Source: Haliotis cracherodii
Taxonomy: Eukaryota
Length of the DNA stretch: 64,000 bases
Assembly: GCF_022045235.1 (NCBI RefSeq)
Contig: NW_027266266.1
Location: 5,017,848-5,081,847 of the forward strand
Direction of reading: 5' to 3'
In this document: positions 13,083-25,659 of the stretch, piece by piece
How positions within the stretch are numbered: position 1 is the first letter of the stretch
Layout: every line of letters starts with the position of its first letter
Position numbers and translations under genes: made by a program
Notes under the pieces: generated by a model
The model's input: only the letters and a program-made list of their open reading frames with translations
What the model was told of the DNA's origin: nothing
Database searches by the model: none

Positions 13083-14124
13083 TATGGGTCTGATTGGCAT
13101 GTACCTGGGATACTACAGTAGTAGGGGCACTATTGGGGCTATTTTCACTATTGCAATAGTACCCCACATTATAGCAATAGTACTGCAATAGCAGCAAACA
13201 AACTTAAATGCTTGATAAATATTATATCAATAAACTTAATAGAAATGAATAAAGTATTTCTGACAATCTCAAAGATGGCCATTCTCCTTCCTGTCCCTAC
13301 ACAAACCAAAGGGGAGGTAACTCTAATATGAAGTCGGTGTAGTCCATGCTAACCAACACAGACTCAGGTTCAATATTCACATAATGTATGTATTATTTAT
13401 AACTAATTGCAACTATTACAGCTATTGATAATTATGCATTTTATCGATGACACTATTGGTATTTTTAAATTCCTATTGATATAGTACGATCATAAGGCAA
13501 ACAATTGCCGTATATATTGTGGGAAATGCTGTTTATAAACTGCAGATATACCGTAAACCACAGGATAACGATTGGTGCCGTAACACATGTTATGTTTTTT
13601 GTTCAATTACACTGCTCATATCCATCACGACAAACGTATTTCGTTATCGTCCAGAGATCTAGAATAGCTCAGAACTAGAACATCTATAATTTCTGTGTTG
13701 GACTGTGTTGGATAAATTGTGGACATTCCGCGGTATCATTTTATGAAGATGTGAAGATGACATGGCAGGTAGGTTTTGAAACCAAAGATGTACGCGTGTG
13801 TTGAAAAGTCTTGGAATCGTTTGATAAATATTTATTACCATTAAAACTTATGTCCTTGTTGTCAAATGGTCGACGTGGGTGGGTGTTTACATGACGTTAC
13901 CCGTTTACACAATAACCAATGAAAAATGTGTGTTATCATGACGTCATATTGACTTGTCAGATCACTCATATAAGCTCCGCCCACTAGAGTGCGGTAGTTC
14001 CTACCGCAGATGCCCCTATAAACCCCATTTCACCTCACCTAGCTCACCCTCAACCAGCCTCACATAATGTACATGTGTATGAACTTAAGTATTGGGTAGT
14101 CATGCTTTTGTTGCTTTTGGATAT

Positions 14125-14540
14125 TCACATGCACATGTAGCGGTCATTAAATGTCCGAGTACCGTGATGGAATTCGAACCACAGACCTTCTGATCCGAGG
14201 TCAGACGCCTTGTCCACATGACCAAAGATGTTAACCCCGTCAGCAAGCTGACAAGGTAAAGATGTCATCTGTAGGATGACTCCACACCCTGCTACATTCT
14301 CCCCTGTCAACAGAAGGCACGTCCCGGGCCGCATATTAGGGTACTGAGACTTATTTTGCTGAAATTTGATATGAACGTGCTCAGCCCGACGTTGGGCGCC
14401 AATGTAGCGGCCATAAAATTTCCGAGTCCCACGATGGGATTAGAACCATGGACCTTCTGACCCGAGGTCGGACACCTTGTCCACATGACCAAAGTGGTTA
14501 GGATGTCATCTGTAGGGTGACTCCACGCCCTGCTACACAC
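14125..14540. repeat. Tandem duplication of an about 190-bp tRNA-like unit (2 copies)
   Basis: atgtagcggtcattaaatgtccgagtaccgtgatggaattcgaaccacagaccttctgatccgaggtcagacgccttgtccacatgaccaaag... is repeated as atgtagcggccataaaatttccgagtcccacgatgggattagaaccatggaccttctgacccgaggtcggacaccttgtccacatgaccaaag.... The reverse complement has a tRNA-like T-arm (GGTTCGAATTCC). Confidence 0.75.
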
Positions 14541-16036
14541 AGTATGTACAATTAATAACCATGAGCTGTTGTTACCTAATCCTCATTTTCAGCAGCTGCT
14601 GTTGTATAAGTCATAACTGGAATTATATTACCCGGTACTCTATGTTGATAATGAATACATATCAGACAGCTGGGAAATACAAGAATATGATGGCAGTCAT
14701 AGAGATTATTACACGAATCGAGTATGTGTGTCATACTAATTATATGAAACGAGCGTAAGAATTCTTGTATTTCACACACAATGCCATCTGGATGACATGA
14801 ACAATACAATGGTGTGAGTGAAATGATATTTGCACCAGCGAACATAGGATTTTTATTAACCATGTGGGTAATAAATAGAAGATATTATGTGTATGGTGAA
14901 ATATCATGTTTCTCATGACAGGGGAGAGGCAGTGGGGTAGCCTAGTGGTAGCTAGTGGTGGAAAAACTTTTCCACTTTATCAACTCGAGTTGATAGATCT
15001 ATATTTGATATCAAAAGAAATTTGGGTGAGATCCTCGATAAAATAGTACTTAAAAGATCCGATTTGAATGAAATTGTCTGAAACAATACTACGGGGGCGA
15101 TTTTGTGATTTTAGTAATCATGCACTTAACTTTTTAGAAGATACATCACATCAGTATTTATCATATCCAATGACCTGACTAACCTCTATCACCTCTAGCC
15201 GAGAGTCTGAGTCAAGACAAGCTCCCACAGCCCCTCTGATCTCCATCGACTGTGGTCCTCGGGGACATCCAGCTCCAAGTTGATGAATAGAAAAATACGG
15301 TACTCACCTTTGTGAATCTCTCGGGTCTGCAAACTCCTTCGTAGGAAAGATCAGCAACAGTCAGTGTTGATTAGCGTCAACTCGAGATACAGTCTTCCCG
15401 ACCCGACTACCCCGACGGCGAGTAGATTCTACGTAAACAACGGTAAAGTCGTTAGGCACCTACACTTGGACAGCTGTGGTGTGCAGTTACTTGTCAATTG
15501 CCGTCGATGACACTGCCTCAAAACCTGTCTTGATAGATATGCCAATGACAACGTGCACTTTTAAACTCGATACTTAACCAAACTGCAGTCTGAAGTTTGC
15601 AAACTCACTCGCGTACGGCCTTGACATAGGCCCTTGAATCGTAACCCGGAAGTAAATAAGCGCGAATAAATCTAGACTTGCTTCGCGTCCTAAATAGGTA
15701 TCCTCCTTGACAGTCTGCTCTATTTCTGCATGTGCTAACTGTTGTTCTGTGTAGTGTAACTGATACAAGTGTTGAAGCTGAATGGTAGTCATTTGGGTCA
15801 TATTCTAAACGTGTTCTTTTCTCTCAACAGTTTAAGTAATCTCATATCATCGAATCTCAGTGTATTTGGCTAACATCTATTTAAATTAATGTGATTTTAT
15901 CTTTTTCTCACTTCTGATAAAAAAAAAATAAGATCAAAAGTTATTTTTTCATTCCAATCTTAAATATTCAAATATTCTTTCGTAACATAATAATGATAAT
16001 TCGTTATTCAGAATTAAAAAGGCCCCGTGGCCCAGA

Positions 16037-16325
16037 GTGAGTGAGTGAGTGAGTGAGTTGGGTTCAACGCCACTTTTAACAGTATTCCAGTTGTATCGCG
16101 TTGTGTCAGCTTAATGTGGGAGGAAAGTCCGAAGTGATGCAGGTCTCAGACATTTACCACTTCGGTGAAACCCACGAGCACGGGTATGGTGCTGACAAAC
16201 CTAGAAACATAATCGGGCCGAACCGGGAATCGAACCCACAATCATAGGTTTCTGTCGTGCCCAAGGGACGCAACTCTGCACAGCCAATCGCGGCGCCTTA
16301 GACGACTGGGACACCCGTACCCCCT
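16037..16325 (-). mobile_element. SINE family B (tRNA-derived, GGCCCAGTCGTCTAAGGCGCC... head and (CACT)n tail)
   Basis: gagtgagtgagtgagttgggttcaacgccacttttaacagtattccagttgtatcgcg...gaaacccacgagcacgggtatggtgctgacaaacctagaaacataatcgggccgaaccgggaatcgaacccacaatcataggtttctg...gacgactgggacacccgtaccccc. Confidence 0.85.
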
Positions 16326-16904
16326 GTGGCCCAGAGTACAACACTTAAGACAGATGCACATATATATTATGTGTGGACAACATACATGTAATTAACAATT
16401 AGCTGAATTAGTATTCACCAAAGTAAAGTATATCCAACGACGATGTCCTTTGTATATTTTTTTCACTACTCTCTCTATAAACGGACATATGAACAATTGA
16501 TATCCATATTAAAAAATATTTAAGTTTGAATGTTCTCAAGGTAACTGATCATGAGGAATAATGCCGTCACCGTCACGTTGTTCCTGAATCTATAAACTGC
16601 ACGACATCATCAACAAATGACAATATCTTGACATCAATATATTCATTGACCAAAAACGTCCACGAATGTAATTCTTTTGTAAAATCTTTCTTAATAAAAA
16701 TTATGAAAGAAATATTCTTTCGTAACATGATGTTTATAGGTTCTATTGTACAGGGAGTCTGTAAAAGATGTAGAGTTGCGTCCCTTAGCTGTGCCAGCTC
16801 TGTCATCTTCAAGTTTGTCATCCTCCTCAACACACGCTAGACTTGATTTAAGGTTTAATGTAATATTTCACAAAATGAGGTTTATGGGTTTAGTTCAATT
16901 CAGC

Positions 16905-17130
16905 TTGGGACGTTGGTTGGTTTGTTGTTTTACGCCGCACTAAGCAATATTCCAGCTATATGACGGCAGTCTGTAAATAATCGAGTCTGGACCAGACTAT
17001 CCAGTGACTGATATAATGAGCATCGATCCACGCCGTCGGGGTACGATTACACGCAATCAACCAAGTTACCGAGCTCGACTACCCGATCCATTTAGTAGCT
17101 TCGTACAACTAGCATAGGTTGCTGTGCACC
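16905..17130 (-). mobile_element. SINE family C, 3' truncated
   Basis: ggttggtttgttgttttacgccgcactaagcaatattccagctatatgacggcagtctgtaaataatcgagtctggaccagactatccagtgactgatataatgagcatcgatccacgcc. Confidence 0.75.
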
Positions 17131-17708
17131 AACTAAGCCCGATTCGAGTAACATGTCAATTTCGATATTAGCGGTCGCTGATACACAGCTACAAACCCCT
17201 CATTTAGTAACGTCTGGCGTTGACTCTGCAACGTTTTTCAAAAAAATATTCTGGCCCAGACTCGATTATTGCTGTCAAATAGATGCAATATTGATGAGTG
17301 TGCCGTTAAATAACAGAGAAAGATCCATAAATGTATGACCAACTGTCAAACAAACACAAATGTACGTAACAGAATGACATCATTAAGTTACCCTCAAATA
17401 ATATTATATTTTACGTACGCTTCTGTTCCTTTAGGTAGGCCAAATGTATTTTTAACAATCACCATTCCATCTTTCTCTCAGGTGTACTATCGTGTTCAAA
17501 CTGAGAATGTAACCTCGTGCCCAGTATCACACACAAAGTGTAATGCCTCAATTGTGATAATTTAGTTGGGAAATGTTTCGAGGTTCTGACAGCCTCGATT
17601 ATCCAGTATTATATCTCCAATCTGTTATGATACCTACATGAAAAACTGGATAATCGAATTTGAAGTTCTGAGTGCATGCAGTGGTGTTTGAATCCCTAGT
17701 CCAATGTA

Positions 17709-17940
17709 TCAGTGAGTGAGTGAGTTGTGCTTAACGCCGCTTTTAACAGTATTCCAGGCCAGTTATATCACGGCGTGTCAGCTTAATGTAGCAGGAAAGC
17801 CCGAAGTGATCCAGGTCTTAGACGTTTACCACTTCGGTGAAACCCACGAGCACGGGTATGGTGCTGACAAACCTAGAAATATAATCGGGGCGAACCGGAT
17901 TCGAGCCCTCAATCATAGGTCTCTGGCGTGTCCATCCCAT
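17709..17940 (-). mobile_element. SINE family B
   Basis: gtgagtgagtgagttgtgcttaacgccgcttttaacagtattccagg...ccacttcggtgaaacccacgagcacgggtatggtgctgacaaacctagaaatataatcggggcgaaccggattcgagccctcaatcataggtctctggcgtg. Confidence 0.8.
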
Positions 17941-19568
17941 GTAAAAATGTACTCATTAGAGACAACAAAACCTGCTAGTATACATTTAACTTAAATTTAA
18001 ACAATTTGCAGATATTCGCATATGTTTACAATACAGACAAATATTACGGAAACAAATCCGTACATTGAAACTGAGTAAAATTGAAAATAATAAAATGGTC
18101 TTGATATTAAACGTCGATCGGGTACCCCAAATACCCGTGTAATACTTCAACTGACGTATGAGAAATCCCGATCTGCGATTGTCCTATTATCCTATTTCGC
18201 TAGGATCAAACATAACCGTTTTTATTACCCACGTGGTGAAGATACGGGTGGTAAGATACTAATTCCGTACGTCACACGTGTGTCGTACAAGGTTGAGGTC
18301 GTGAAATGAAGCCACTTGAAACTATCTGGACACATATGTAGACTTACGTTGGATGCCCCGGCTGTGTCATCAGTGTTCCCATTCGAAGCTTATTTTGTGA
18401 CATTGCTTCTGAATGAGCATACACGACTGCACGGCCAGATCACTCAAAGTGAACAGATCCGATACAACTCATTCGAAAAAAGTGTACCTGACATCGTTTT
18501 TATTTTTGCCCAAACATCCCAAATGTGAACGTAATATTCCCTATTGACCTCTCCCGTAAAACGCTGCGAGTAGATCACGGTTGTCTTTTCTTATTCCGAG
18601 TGTGACCTTGGCCTTCGTTCCAAGCTGTCACTGACGTGTAAGCAGACTTGAGTTTGTTCATTTTCACGTCTTCAGTGTAGGGTCATAAGTTAACATAAAC
18701 GTATTCGGCGAGCACTCGGATTTCCCTCTTCCAAAATGGTACAGACAGGATATTAATTCCGATGATAGATCAAGGAAACCGAACTATTTTGATTGCACAG
18801 CCGGGAACCCGTCGATGCGAAAGACCGAGATTCAGATCGCTTTCGCTCGGTCAGATACCATAAATAGTCCACTCGTTTCGTAAAAATGATATCTAACGAG
18901 AATGAGTGTAGTATTTTTTATTTATTACTTGCCCGTGAAGAGATCACCCGTTTAATAAACATACAGCTTTATTACACATTGTGTAATACCAAAACGCGTG
19001 CTTATGTACTCTCGGAACACGTTTCACGAACAAATATTGAAAGCTCTCAACATCCCTTGGCGTATTCAACGACATTGTGTGTGGAGATGATAGATTACTG
19101 GGAGGAGCTTATGTACACTCGATGACCCCAGCAACCTTGTTGCTAGGCTGACGTCACATGGCATTGTTTCACCGATGGATCTTGCAACAAAATTCAAGAA
19201 ATTACGTCATCGGGTATTGTGACGTCATTGTAAACTTTGAGCAGCAAGGCCCCGTTCCACAAGGCGATCGTACTCTAGCGCAACGACAGTCGTTAGTCTA
19301 AGTTAAATTATGTGAGGTGTGATAGCCTTAGCACTACGATAATTTTGTGGGACGAACGCCTGAAATCTAAAGGTGGACCATTGTATGATATTAAATTCAT
19401 ACGTTTCAACTTTTGACGTGTTTGAAGTGTTATTCTGTTAAACTCAATTGGATTATGTCATGCATGGATCGTGTAGGTGTCAGCCTATTTACACTCAACA
19501 GTATAATTCTAAAAACATTATAAATGACAAGTAATAAATAAAATACTAAACTCGCTCTCGTGTAAAAC

Positions 19569-19660
19569 CAATTTTATGAAACTTGTGAATAGTTGTGGTA
19601 TCTGACTCGCTTTCGCTCGTCAGATACCGGAACTATTCACTCGTTTCATAAAATTGGTAT
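19569..19660. repeat. About 39-bp imperfect inverted repeat (hairpin) with a 13-nt loop, directly upstream of family F copy 2
   Basis: Left arm is ccaattttatgaaacttgtgaatagttgtggtatctgac. Loop is tcgctttcgctcg. Right arm is gtcagataccggaactattcactcgtttcataaaattgg. A related half (gatcgctttcgctcggtcagatacc) is at 18820-18860. Confidence 0.7.
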
Positions 19661-19910
19661 TACACGGGAGCTCGTTTAGTATTCTATATTTATTACCCAC
19701 GAGGGCAAACATATCAGGGTTCATAAAAACCATATGTGCCCTTGGGTCATATCACGTCATGAGACAACAGTGTATTATTTCTGTCATCCGGACGGCATTG
19801 TTGACGTCATTCGAAAATTATTGTGACGTAAGTTCGGAATGACGTCACACTAGAACGACGTCATAGCTGAAGATTGCTGACGTCATGCGACAAATTGACG
19901 TTCCGCTGCT
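19655..19910 (+). repeat. Dispersed repeat family F (TGACGTCA-rich), copy 2
   Basis: ttattacccacgagggcaaacatatcagggttcataaaaaccatatgtgccc... followed by ttgacgtcat, gtgacgtaag, aatgacgtcacac, aacgacgtcatag, gctgacgtcatg and attgacgttcc within about 110 bp. Confidence 0.7.
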
Positions 19911-19974
19911 GTTACGACTTGCTGTACTTGCTGTTCGGTGTTGGTGATACAATGGTGTGCTCAACGTACCACAT

Positions 19975-20228
19975 GACCCGGGAAGAACCGGGATAGAATA
20001 GGTCTTCAGCAACCCATGCTTGTCGTAAAAGGCGACTATGCTTGTCCTAAGAGGCGACTAACAGGATCGGGTGGTCAGGCTCGCTGACTTTGTTGATGCA
20101 TGTCATCGATCCCGATTTTGTCGGTCGATGCTCATGATATTAATCACTGGATTGTCTGGTCCAGACTCGATTATGTAGCTGGAATATATCTGAGTGCGTA
20201 CAACAAACCAACCAACCAAATCAACGTA
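19975..20228 (+). mobile_element. SINE family C
   Basis: cccgggaagaaccgggatagaataggtcttcagcaacccatgcttgtcgtaaaaggcgactatgcttgtcctaagaggcgactaacaggatcgggtggtcaggctcgctgactttgttgatgcatgtc...caaccaaccaaatc. Confidence 0.8.
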
Positions 20229-20404
20229 CCATATATTATATAGAGGACATTATATGACACTGCTGTCTCGTGACGTGATATGACCCTAGAGCGCATATGA
20301 TTTTTATGAACCTCGATATGTTTTCCCTCGTAGGTAGTAAAACATAGTATGGTCACACCACTTTAGTTGGTATTTTCTTACCAGAAACAATCTAAAATTC
20401 ATAC

Positions 20405-20545
20405 AATTGAGTGAGTATGGTTTTACGCCGCTGTTAGCAGTAGTCCAGCAACATCTCGGCGGGAGTGCCAGAAATTGGGTTCACACATTGTATCCAGGCT
20501 GGAAAGCCGAGGCTAGAGAGGTCTGAAGCTACCCTATCGACCTAA
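20405..20545 (-). mobile_element. SINE family A, diverged copy
   Basis: gagtgagtatggttttacgccgctgttagcagtagtccagcaacatctcggcgggagtgccagaaattgggttcacacattg. Confidence 0.5.
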
Positions 20546-20999
20546 TACAAACAAGGGCTAAAAAAGTAGCTCTGATCAAATAAATTCATAGTAATGTAGA
20601 TGATAAGGCCTACTAGTATATGATTAACAAATTATGATAACTGTGCATTAGGGTCACAGAATGTCCCTCTCTAATGGGGAATGGAAATGACGCGACATGT
20701 CATCTGTAAATGCGATCTGTGAGTTTGTTTGTATATTGTAGTTTCACTAACACGCAGGGCCGGTCGTCTCCATAACACTGTACAAATATGTGGTATTTCG
20801 GCATACCACACGGACCAACATCACACGGACCAGTGTCAATAATGGTGGCCTACATGAATATCTCCACCTGATGATTGACAAGGTGTCAATGAATCAACGA
20901 ACATAATGCCATATCGCATTTTTCTCAACAATTGAAGTACTGTGACGTCATATGGCTTCAACTGACTTCAAATTCAAACGTGCGAATGTGAGTAATATA

Positions 21000-21215
21000 C
21001 TAGTTTATTACCCATAGGGTTAGAAATAACCGAGGTAATAAAAATCGTATGTGCACTAGTGCAAATATCACTTCACGCGCCCCGGTGTATTGTCATCAAT
21101 CAGGACGGCATTGTTGAAGTCACTCGAATTTCCTTGTGACGTAAGGTCGTAATGACGTCACACTAGCAACGACGTCATAGCTGATGATTGTTGACGTCAT
21201 TCGACAATTGTGGTT
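21000..21215 (+). repeat. Dispersed repeat family F, copy 3
   Basis: tttattacccatagggttagaaataaccgaggtaataaaaatcgtatgtgcac... followed by gtgacgtaagg, aatgacgtcacac, aacgacgtcatag and ttgacgtcattcg. Confidence 0.65.
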
Positions 21216-24200
21216 TTCAAAGACGGTGGTCATGATCGGTGCATTTTTCTAAAGCAGAGCTGAACAGGATTAAGAAATAATGGGTGATAAAGAAATTATT
21301 ATTATTATTATTGGGTTTCAAACCAAAAAGTCACAGACACGATATGTCAACCATTATTAATTTTACTTTAAACAACCAAATCAACATGTTATCATGGTAG
21401 ATTATCTTTTTTACAATATGGGGGGAAAATCCGAAGTGGTGCAGGTCTTTGAAGTTTACGGCTGTCGTGAAACCTCAAGCACGGGTATGGCGTATATATA
21501 ATCAATCATGCATATAATCGTATTTCAATTGCGTAGACCAATGCTCATGATGTCAGTGACTGGAACGTCTGGAATATTGCCGAGTGCGGCGTTAAACAAG
21601 AAGCAAACTAACAAACAAAATAATCATAATCAGAGCGATGCTAGTTGATGGTATTTTTTTTAGTTAGCTCCAATTTGAATCGATTTTTAGTTAAATTACG
21701 GCGTGTAAGTTTCATGTGGGAGGAAGTCCCCTCGTGATGCGGCTCTTAGACTTTAACTACTGTGGTGAAACCAATGTAGCAATGTGTTGAATATAGTTTG
21801 AGGAGTGGTATAATTATGTATAGGAAACAAGGTCGTCTTAAAATCAAGATTGTCGCCATTTGAACGTTGCCTATAGCCTCATTGACAGTCTTGCATGTGG
21901 TTTCACTAAAAATTTCACCATAACAGAACTGTTTTGGTGTTTTTTTTAAAAATGGCTTAAAATTAGATTATGGCACCCGTTTTTGTCAAATTATACATCC
22001 CCACCGCATTTAAACGCGCACAAATATCACACACATTTTTATGAGTCTACAACCTGCTCCTGTGGATGCCATTATGAGGATCCTCCACATTACTTCTTTT
22101 CATGTCGTAACTACTGCAATCTTCGTAACAATAAGTACTACTACATAAAAGGATATGACTTGATTCAGTATTATTCAGAAATGCTGCAACATCTACTGAT
22201 ACAAACCTTGCTATTGTAAAATCTGTTTATTTATTAAGCATATGTGCATGGTTGTACCGGTTAGGTTATGTACTGATATATGTATGTGTGTATTTATGTG
22301 TACTTGTATATTCACATCATGACATTTACAATAGTAGGTACAGTTAATCTAAACTTATTTTTATGTGCAGTAACTCTAAATAGTTGTTAAATGTCCTTTG
22401 TAGGGAGAGGTGTTTACATAGGCTTTGTATGTTCACCGACCCCATTCCTTTTTCTTGAAAATAAATATTGTTTAAATCACATTTGGACAGACAGTTTTTA
22501 AAAAACCGTTCACGAATCAGCCGACTAAAAAATGAAATGTGAAAAAAATAATGATTTTCTTATTCAGCCGACCAGGAATAAGTAAAAATAATTTATTTAC
22601 TGTCGCTTCTCAATATAAATGAAGTATTTGACATATTATGATTAAAACCTGTTGAAAAGCTATCTCAAAAACTTCAAAACACACCGAGTTGTGACGAAAA
22701 AAGCATGATGAACCCTATTGCTGCCTGGTTCCAAATAGTTCAACCCGTGGTGATTCAGGGTGCTTATATTTGAAATCTAAAGAACTGACCTCAAAGACGA
22801 TTTAATGGTCATAATATGTAACCTGGCTGACATCGTACCGTCACACACCAGTGGTGTGGAACGTTGTTAATGCTATCAACCTCTAGTCGGATTCGAACGC
22901 CGTTGCCTGCGGCGTAAAACAACGGTAAGTCCCATACTTTACCTTCTTTATCGACAATGTCAGAACGACCAGAATATAACCAACTCGGTAACCCCCAAGA
23001 ATAAACAGATTCTAATAAAGCGCTATATTTACTATATCGTAAACATATGTGTTTTACAATGCAGTAGGTTTTATAAAGAATGTTCATATTAATCAGTTTA
23101 ACTAATATTCGATCACTAAAACAAGTCCCAACAAGCCGTATTTACTTCAATCTCGAGGTTAACCACGCATGGAATGTAAAAGCGGAAGTGATGTCACAGC
23201 TAATTTTAGATAATATTCAGGCTCCTGTGATTTGATTGGTTGATCAACCTCGCCGGTCTTGCACCACACATCACAATACACAAGGTAGGTGCCGGACCGT
23301 AGGTCCAATTTTGCTGAATATTCGATATTAATAGTATTCGTACTTTCGTTTCACTGCATGATATCGGTTCTGTAAGTACCCCAAGTCACGTGCCACTTGA
23401 TAAGAGGTGATGACAGTTCTGGATAAACATGTAACATTATCAAAACCTACCCGGATACTTAATTCTATCAAGCGGGTCAACACGTCTTCCTCCTTTGTTC
23501 TACCCGTTTGTTATGATCAAAACATGTTAATTCGGGTACACGATACGCACAGTACTACATTCAAAGGCCACATTTGATACAATATGAAACCGTAATTAAT
23601 CTTGTGTGAATCCACTTGATTGCTGATTACTATAAAGAAGGCAAGTTACCGTCGATTAAACGCTCCTAGTGGACACGCCCACTTTGAACATGCTTGTATC
23701 GTGAGAACAGTTCATCAGACATTTCAAGTGTGAACCAACATTAGCCAGATCGAAACCTCCAAATGACCAGTTGCTTGAAAAAGATGTCTGTCACTAAAGC
23801 ATGTGAAAACGCAAATAAACTTCCGTGTTTAGAGAGTTTGTTAAGCGGGGCGTGACGAATAGATCGACCCTTGATCGCCTCTAGTCAGTAGAAGTAAATG
23901 TAGGTTGTTGCTAGGCATTGCTTGGCCTCTCGATCGATTTAGACTGTCAGTTTGGACCATATGCAATTATCCATGCATAACATCATCAATTGTGAATGCA
24001 TCTTTCATATCACGTGCACTGCGTCATGGGTTGCGCGAAGATCACTGAATCACAATTTAATGTGTATTTATTATTTAGACATAACTTTTCACTGTAGAAT
24101 AGACTGTAGGAGATGGTAGTTTGCCTTTTCTCGCAAAAATGTGTTTCTTTTTCCTTATTTCCCGAAACAATGGGAACACGTATTACAACTAACCCTCCAA

Positions 24201-24854
24201 AGGAAATGCTTATTTCATTATTTCATGATATGTGATTTTCTTTCCTTGGGATAAGTTTACCCCAGAATGGTAATTTGTATTTAACTATTTCCAGTATTTT
24301 GTTCATTAGTAGAAACGGGTTGCATGCAATAGCCCATGAGCTTTTAATGCTTTGAATTCGTTTACATGCTATAACTTGTGGACGAGGATTAGTGTTATGA
24401 CAAAGCGCCTCAAGGACAACTTATACCAGGAAATACCTTTTAACAATAGAGGTGAACTGTAATGTGTGCCATGTTTGCCCGTAATGGTATATGGTATTCC
24501 CCAGCGTTTATTTCCGAAAGGTGTCGTGTGTAACAGGACGTTCAATACTGACGTACCGTAAATACAAACAACTATATGATTACAATGAAGCTTTGGAGAT
24601 TGCAACAGACGGCCTTGAGGTTATCCGCATTGATATTAGTTGTATGGAATACACTACGCATGCGCCGACTCGTAGAAACATGAAGTAAACATTGTGAAAT
24701 ACTGTACTAAGTGGTGGTTGAAATCGCTGACGCGGCTGATATTGGGCGTTGTCAGGTACATACAATGTGATATCCTCTCTCTGCGGTTCAGTGGATACGG
24801 GTCCCATATCTTGTCACCTGCGTCATTTCTTGACTCATACTGCTAGCGCAGCTA

Positions 24855-25029
24855 AATAGACGTCATATAAACCCCGGACTTCTCGTTCCAGCGCAGCCAG
24901 AAGTGAGTTAGTCGTGAAGGAGGGAGAATCTTCTTAACTGCGTGTGAGCTAAAGCATGTGAAAGTTCGTCTGTTCACATCTTTTCTTTTTCTTGTTGCAG
25001 TTAACGGCAGGGACAAGTTATTATATTAG
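24855..25029 (+). promoter_or_regulatory. MVP: Putative MVP core promoter and non-coding first exon: GACGTCA half-CRE plus TATAAA at about 24858-24871, donor GTAAGT at about 25030
   Basis: agacgtcatataaacc lies about 1.2 kb upstream of the ATG-containing exon. That exon begins with a good acceptor (tgtatgttcag, about 26006), which implies an upstream 5'UTR exon. The stretch cttgttgcagTTAACGGCAGGGACAAGTTATTATATTAG|gtaagt is a plausible 5'UTR exon end. Confidence 0.25.
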
Positions 25030-25659
25030 GTAAGTGTGTTTTCGTAATTTTTATGATGTAACCATCTGGTATTGTAACACTTGATTCTAACAGTGAGTGA
25101 GTGAATTTTGTTCAACAGCACTACTAATGGACACTATTCCAGATATATCACGTCGAGGATGTACAGGGATGTATTAACCTTGGACATAGTTGTCATCCTG
25201 TAGCCTACAGCGTGTGGTTATGCTAATTAGATATATGCTAAGCGCACCAGAACACGGTAACTAACAGTATAAGCTTGTCTTCATGTAATTTGTCGAAATG
25301 AATTCGAAAAACATTATCCCAGGTTTCTCTAGAATATATTTGGATTAATGATTTTATTGATTTTATCACATACTTATTTTAAAGTTTCCATTGGTAGTTG
25401 AGATATAAACATGATGTCAATGGAATTATGTGGCATAACAAAATCGTTAAGTGTGCAATACATAAGTGTTTTTGATATATCAACTCACTCAAAATGGCAG
25501 GTTCATGTGCTCAATATGACATGTTAATTTCATTTGATCAATTAACAGCTTCATTTTCTCAATTAGATCTCTTTCATATATTTTAAGAAATTAATATCAT
25601 ATGTGTTCAAGAACAAGTGTAGACCGTGAGTTCAATCCAATTGTCCACATTCTCTTTGA

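Noticed and set aside
13925-14025. Promoter-like block (ATGACGTCAT, GCTCCGCCC, CTATAAACC) called as a gene promoter.
   Set aside because: No downstream exon or ORF with support. It lies next to a tandem tRNA-like repeat and may be part of a repetitive element. It is kept only as a low-interest note under the 14125-14540 finding.
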